NCBI GenBank assembly: GCA_963705305.1
Contig: OY970067.1
Span: 5,184,001 to 5,248,000, forward strand
Reading direction: 5' to 3'
DNA: 64,000 nt
Origin: an uncultured Methylomirabilota bacterium
GTDB taxonomy: Bacteria > Methylomirabilota > Methylomirabilia > Methylomirabilales > 2-02-FULL-66-22
Under the pieces are notes generated by a model. It was not told the origin of the DNA. It searched no databases and saw only the letters and a program-made list of their open reading frames with translations. Shown piece by piece: positions 59,359 to 64,000 of this stretch. The position numbers were made by a program, and so were the translations under genes. How positions within the stretch are numbered: the first letter of the stretch is position 1; each line of letters opens with the position of its first letter.

Positions 59359-61029
59359 ATGCCTCCGACCCAGGCACCGAAGGAGCCCATCCGCGCCCCC
59401 CGAGGGGCCACCTTGACCTGCAAGGGCTGGCACCAGGAGGGGGCCCTGCGCATGCTGATGAACAATTTGGATCCCGAAGTGGCCGAGCGCCCGCAGGATC
59501 TGGTGGTCTACGGCGGGGCGGGCAAGGCGGCCCGGAACTGGGAGTGCTACCACCGCATCGTCGAGAGCCTGAAGGCCCTGGAGAACGACGAGACCCTGCT
59601 GGTCCAGTCCGGGAAGCCGGTGGGGATCTTCCGGACGCACACCTTCGCCCCTCGCGTCCTGATCAGCAACGCCATGCTGGTGCCCGCCTGGGGCACCTGG
59701 GAGAAGTTCCGCGAGCTGGAGGCGCTGGGCCTGACCATGTACGGCCAGATGACGGCCGGCAGCTGGATCTACATCGGCACCCAGGGAATCCTGCAGGGCA
59801 CCTACGAGACCTTTGCGGCGGCGGCCCGAAAGCATTTCGACGGCAGTCTCAAGGGCACGCTGACCCTCACCGCCGGCCTGGGCGGGATGGGGGGCGCCCA
59901 GCCGCTGGCCGCGACCATGAACGACGGCGTCATCCTGGCCATCGAGGTGGATCCCGAGCGGATCGAGAAGCGGGTCAAGACGGGCTACTGCGAGGTCATG
60001 ACGACGAGCCTGGAGGAGGCCCTCGACCTGGCCCTCGGGGCCAAGCGGGCCGGCACTCCCAAGTCCATCGGCCTGGTCGGCAACGCCGCCGAGCTGCACC
60101 CGGAGATCCTGAAGCGCGGCGTGCTGCCCGACCTGGTCACCGACCAGACCTCGGCCCACGACCCCCTGAACGGATACGTGCCGGCCGGCCTGACCGTGGA
60201 GCGGGCCCGCGAGCTGCGCGCCACCAAGCCCGACGAGCACATCGCCCGCGCCCTCGACTCCATGGCCGTCCACGTGCAGGCCATGCTGGAATTCCAGCGG
60301 CGCGGCGCGGTCGTCTTCGACTACGGCAACAACATCCGCCAGCAGGCCCTGGGCCGGGGCGTGAAGAACGCCTTCGACTTCCCCGGCTTCGTCCCGGCCT
60401 TCATCCGGCCCCTGTTCTGCACCGGCCACGGCCCCTTCCGCTGGGCCGCCCTGTCCGGCGACCCGGCCGATATCGCGAAGATCGACGGCGCCATCCTGCG
60501 GGAGTTCAAAGACAACGCCCACCTGGTCCGCTGGATCACTATGGCCCGGGAGAAGATCCATTTCCAGGGACTCCCGGCCCGGATTTGCTGGCTGGGGTAC
60601 GGCGAGCGGGACCGCCTGGGCCTCCTGGTCAACCGGATGGTGCGCTCGGGCGAGTTGGCCGCCCCTGTCGTCTTCGGCCGCGACCATTTGGATTCGGGCT
60701 CGGTGGCCTCGCCCAATCGCGAGACCGAGGCCATGCGGGACGGGAGCGACGCGATCGCCGACTGGCCGATCCTGAACGCCCTGCTCAACACCGCCGCCGG
60801 CGCCTCCTGGATCTCGGTCCACCACGGCGGGGGAGTCGGCATCGGCTATTCCGTTCACGCCGGCATGGTGGTCGTGGCCGACGGGACCCCCGAGACCGAG
60901 CTGCGCCTCCGGCGGGTGCTGACCACCGATCCGGGCACCGGCATCATGCGGCACGCCGATGCGGGCTACCCCGAGGCCATCGCCGCGGCCAAGGAGAAGG
61001 CCGTCAAGATCCCTGGGCTGACAGCTTAA
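59359..61029 (+). CDS. hutU: Urocanate hydratase
   Basis: [49 protein letters not shown]. Confidence 0.97.
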   Translation: MPPTQAPKEPIRAPRGATLTCKGWHQEGALRMLMNNLDPEVAERPQDLVVYGGAGKAARNWECYHRIVESLKALENDETLLVQSGKPVGIFRTHTFAPRVLISNAMLVPAWGTWEKFRELEALGLTMYGQMTAGSWIYIGTQGILQGTYETFAAAARKHFDGSLKGTLTLTAGLGGMGGAQPLAATMNDGVILAIEVDPERIEKRVKTGYCEVMTTSLEEALDLALGAKRAGTPKSIGLVGNAAELHPEILKRGVLPDLVTDQTSAHDPLNGYVPAGLTVERARELRATKPDEHIARALDSMAVHVQAMLEFQRRGAVVFDYGNNIRQQALGRGVKNAFDFPGFVPAFIRPLFCTGHGPFRWAALSGDPADIAKIDGAILREFKDNAHLVRWITMAREKIHFQGLPARICWLGYGERDRLGLLVNRMVRSGELAAPVVFGRDHLDSGSVASPNRETEAMRDGSDAIADWPILNALLNTAAGASWISVHHGGGVGIGYSVHAGMVVVADGTPETELRLRRVLTTDPGTGIMRHADAGYPEAIAAAKEKAVKIPGLTA

Positions 61030-61102
61030 GCTGCGTGTTTCAGCATCCGCCCTGCGTCCGAGGGTCTTCCCGTTGGAGCCGTCCTCCGGCTGGAGGTCCA
61101 CC

Positions 61103-64000
61103 ATGATCTCTCTGGGGCAGTTCTTCATGGCTCGCCGGCGCGAGATCCTCATCTGGGGCGTAAGCCTCCTGGCCGCCTTCACGCTGCTGGGTTTCTTCGC
61201 CGTCCCCCCGATTCTGAAGTCTGTCCTGACGAAACAACTGACCGCCGCTCTCCACCGCGATGTGACCATCCGGGAGGTCCGCTTCAATCCGTTTGCGCTC
61301 TCCACCACGCTGCGCGGCCTGACGATCAAAGAGCCCCAGGGACCGGAGACCTTTGTCTCTCTCGAAGAGCTGTACCTGAATCTCGAGGCCTCCTCGGTAT
61401 TCCGATGGGCCATCGTCATCAAAGAGCTCCGCCTGAGCAAGCCCTTCCTTCGCATCGTCCGCCGCCAGGATCAGACCTACAGCTTCTCGGATCTCCTCCA
61501 GAGCCGAGAGGCGCCGCAGCCCCCACCGCCAAAGCCGCTGCGCTTCTCCGTCAACAACATCCGCATTGTGGACGGGGGAGTGGATTTCCTGGACGAGACC
61601 GTGGGGAAGACGCATACGGTCCGGGAGCTGAATATCGGCATCCCCTTTCTCTCGAATATTCCGTCCAGGATCAATACCTTCGTCCAGCCGGGCCTCTCGG
61701 CGGTGGTGAATGGGACGCGCTACACCCTCCGAGGAGAGACCAAGCCGTTCGCCGAATCGCTGGAGACGTCGCTAAATCTCAACATTGCCGACCTCGATCT
61801 TCCGTACTACCTCGCCTACCTTCCACAAGACCTGCTGCATTTCACGCTCCCCTCGGGCCGACTGGATGCGAAGCTCACCATCGGCTTTGTGCGCCGACAG
61901 AAGGCCGCGCAAACCCTGACCGTCAAGGGCGATATCGGCCTCCGCAGCGTCGCGGTGGACGACCGGAAGGGTGATCCTGTGGTTCGCCTGCCGGCCTTCA
62001 ACGTCGGGATCGCCTCTGCCGAGCTCTTCACCCGAACGGTGCATCTCTCCAGGGTGTCCCTCCAGTCGCCCGAACTGACGGTGCGCCGGGGAAAGACGGG
62101 CACCATCAATCTGGAGACCCTGCTCCCCACGCCGGGTCCTCCGAAAGCAGCCGCCGGGCAGGCAGCCAAGCCCGAGGGAGCGGGTCTTGTCCTGGACGTC
62201 GACGAGATCAGTGTGGCCGGGGCAAAGGTCCTGTTCTCCGACCGCCTGCCGCCCCTCCCCTTCAAGACCACCCTGGATCCCATCGATCTCAAGATCACGC
62301 AGCTGAGCAACCGCCCGAATACCAGCGGATCCTATAGCCTCGCAGCAAAGACGGAGGCCAAAGAAGGGCTGGCGCTGGCCGGAACTTTTTCCCTCACGCC
62401 GCTTCTGGTAGAGGGCACGGTCCAGGCCACGCAGGTCCCACTCACGAAGTACGCCCCTTACTACAGCGAGAGCGTTCTCTTTGACGTCGAGAGCGGGAGG
62501 CTCGATCTCTCCAGCCGGTATCGGTACGCCCAGGGAGAAAGGAAGCCCGAGATCACGGCGTCAGGGGGGGCGGTATCCGTATCTGCGCTCCGGCTCAGGC
62601 GGCGCGATGAGACCGAGGACATCCTCCGGATTCCCAGCCTCGTCATCAAGGAGATCGCGGTTGACCTGTCCAGGCGGCGCCTGACGGTGGGAGGGCTCTC
62701 CACCCAGAAGGGGATAGTTCGCGCGATTCGTCTCCCCAGCGGGGAGGTGAACCTGCAGAAGCTCACGGCCCCGGCACCGCCACCTCCGCCTGGTGCCGCC
62801 ACGGCCGCCGCCGCGGAGCCACAGCCCTGGATCGTCCACGTGAATCGGCTGGCCGTGGACCAGTACACGGCGACGCTCGAGGACCGCAGCCTCTCCGAGC
62901 CCATCACCCTGACGGCAGAAGCAATTCGCCTCACCGCCGAGAATCTCTCGACGGAGAAGAACGCCACGGGGACGCTGAGTCTGGCCCTGCTCCTCGACCA
63001 GACTGCCAAGATCTCGACCGCATCCACAGTGGGCCTGGATCCGATCCGCGCAGAAGGTCGGGTACAGGTATCCGGTCTCGTCCTTCACCGGTACGCGCCC
63101 TTCTACAAAGACCGAATCCTCTTCGATCTGCAGGACGGAACGCTCGACCTGGCATCGACCTATCGCATCCTCCGGGCGAAAGACTCCTTGGATGTCAAGC
63201 TGACCGGCCTCTCGACCTCGATCACGGCGCTGCGCCTCAAAACACGGGACACGAATCAGGAGTTTCTAAGCATCCCGAACCTGGCCATCCGGAATACCGG
63301 TGTGGACCTGTCCCAACAGGACGTCACGGTCGGCGATCTCTCCACCGAGGGGGGAACCGTCCTCGTCTCCCGCTCCCCACAGGGTGAGCTGAACCTCGCG
63401 TACCTCCTCCCACGCGCCACGAGCGCAGCCCGGTCTGCTGCGGCCAGTCCAGCGGCAGCCCCGGCCCCGGGCTTGCCGTCGAATCCAACCCGCCCCTGGA
63501 CGGTCAAGGCAGGTGCCATCTCCGTGAATCGGTACCGGATCCAGGTCACCGATGCGGTCCCGCGCGAGCCGGTGAAGCTGGACCTTGAGGACCTGAATCT
63601 GAAGGCAGAGAATCTCTCGACGGCGGAGAACGCCCCGGCGGGAAAGGTCTCACTCGGCCTTCGCCTGGGCAAAGGGACCGTCTCCGTCGAAGGCGCGGTG
63701 CGGGTCGCTCCCGTCCTGGCCGACCTGCAGCTCGCCGTCAAGGAGATCCACATTCGCCCGTTCCAGCCGTACATCGCCGACAAGGTGAAAGTCACCATCG
63801 CGGACGGTCGCATATCAACCAGCGGCCGTCTCCATCTGAGCATCAAGGAGCCCGCCGGACTGGAGGCGAAATATACGGGGGACACCACCCTGGGCAAGTT
63901 CAGCGCCATCGAGAAAGACAGCGCCGAGGACATCCTGAGATGGGAATCCCTGGCCCTGCACGACCTTTCCGTGGGCTACAACCCTCTCTTCGTCCGCGCC
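61103..64000 (+). CDS. DUF748-domain protein, 3' truncated by the window edge
   Basis: GGAGG RBS, N-terminal TM, V.FNPF.L, FSDLL, repeated NL..L modules; same frame at both ends with no stop reported. Confidence 0.85.
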   Translation, partial: MISLGQFFMARRREILIWGVSLLAAFTLLGFFAVPPILKSVLTKQLTAALHRDVTIREVRFNPFALSTTLRGLTIKEPQGPETFVSLEELYLNLEASSVFRWAIVIKELRLSKPFLRIVRRQDQTYSFSDLLQSREAPQPPPPKPLRFSVNNIRIVDGGVDFLDETVGKTHTVRELNIGIPFLSNIPSRINTFVQPGLSAVVNGTRYTLRGETKPFAESLETSLNLNIADLDLPYYLAYLPQDLLHFTLPSGRLDAKLTIGFVRRQKAAQTLTVKGDIGLRSVAVDDRKGDPVVRLPAFNVGIASAELFTRTVHLSRVSLQSPELTVRRGKTGTINLETLLPTPGPPKAAAGQAAKPEGAGLVLDVDEISVAGAKVLFSDRLPPLPFKTTLDPIDLKITQLSNRPNTSGSYSLAAKTEAKEGLALAGTFSLTPLLVEGTVQATQVPLTKYAPYYSESVLFDVESGRLDLSSRYRYAQGERKPEITASGGAVSVSALRLRRRDETEDILRIPSLVIKEIAVDLSRRRLTVGGLSTQKGIVRAIRLPSGEVNLQKLTAPAPPPPPGAATAAAAEPQPWIVHVNRLAVDQYTATLEDRSLSEPITLTAEAIRLTAENLSTEKNATGTLSLALLLDQTAKISTASTVGLDPIRAEGRVQVSGLVLHRYAPFYKDRILFDLQDGTLDLASTYRILRAKDSLDVKLTGLSTSITALRLKTRDTNQEFLSIPNLAIRNTGVDLSQQDVTVGDLSTEGGTVLVSRSPQGELNLAYLLPRATSAARSAAASPAAAPAPGLPSNPTRPWTVKAGAISVNRYRIQVTDAVPREPVKLDLEDLNLKAENLSTAENAPAGKVSLGLRLGKGTVSVEGAVRVAPVLADLQLAVKEIHIRPFQPYIADKVKVTIADGRISTSGRLHLSIKEPAGLEAKYTGDTTLGKFSAIEKDSAEDILRWESLALHDLSVGYNPLFVRA

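Noticed and set aside
1..64000. CRISPR array, rRNA, prophage or intact integrase
   Set aside because: No regularly spaced repeats, rRNA-like tracts, phage genes or recombinase motifs were seen.

Overview
GC-rich bacterial chromosome segment; the taxon cannot be determined from the sequence alone. It falls into three parts. (1) About 1.5-33.7 kb holds catabolic and transport loci: TRAP + DUF296 + GntR + DASS; M20 amidohydrolase-SSS-DUF3311-pucG-like; an XRE/cupin-regulated sugar ABC transporter with an IolN-like hydrolase and SDR; a DRE-TIM enzyme + DUF169; pcaIJ-SDR-pcaF behind an internally deleted IclR; a decayed kinase/eda pair; and an orphan anSME. (2) About 33.9-37.9 kb is a visibly lower-GC accessory region abutting the 3' end of tRNA-Sec. 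It contains fused RAYT/ISL3 remnants, an HNH pseudogene, a small basic protein and an integrase-less integron remnant (attI-like core, one complete cassette, attC). (3) About 38-64 kb is more housekeeping-like: selC, selB, tatA, split formiminotransferase/cyclodeaminase, cydAB, msrB, hutH, an hpnJ-hpnI hopanoid side-chain cluster extended by a DegT aminotransferase and an FAD oxidoreductase, hutU and a partial DUF748 gene. The main observations are: an hpnK-less hopanoid tailoring cluster; three separate +1 frameshifts at the same GACGTTCT motif (possible DNA-modification footprint); the integron remnant; a structured 142-nt RNA candidate in front of hutH; and three kinds of small inverted-repeat elements. 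Family assignments come from motif recognition by eye; no database searches were run.
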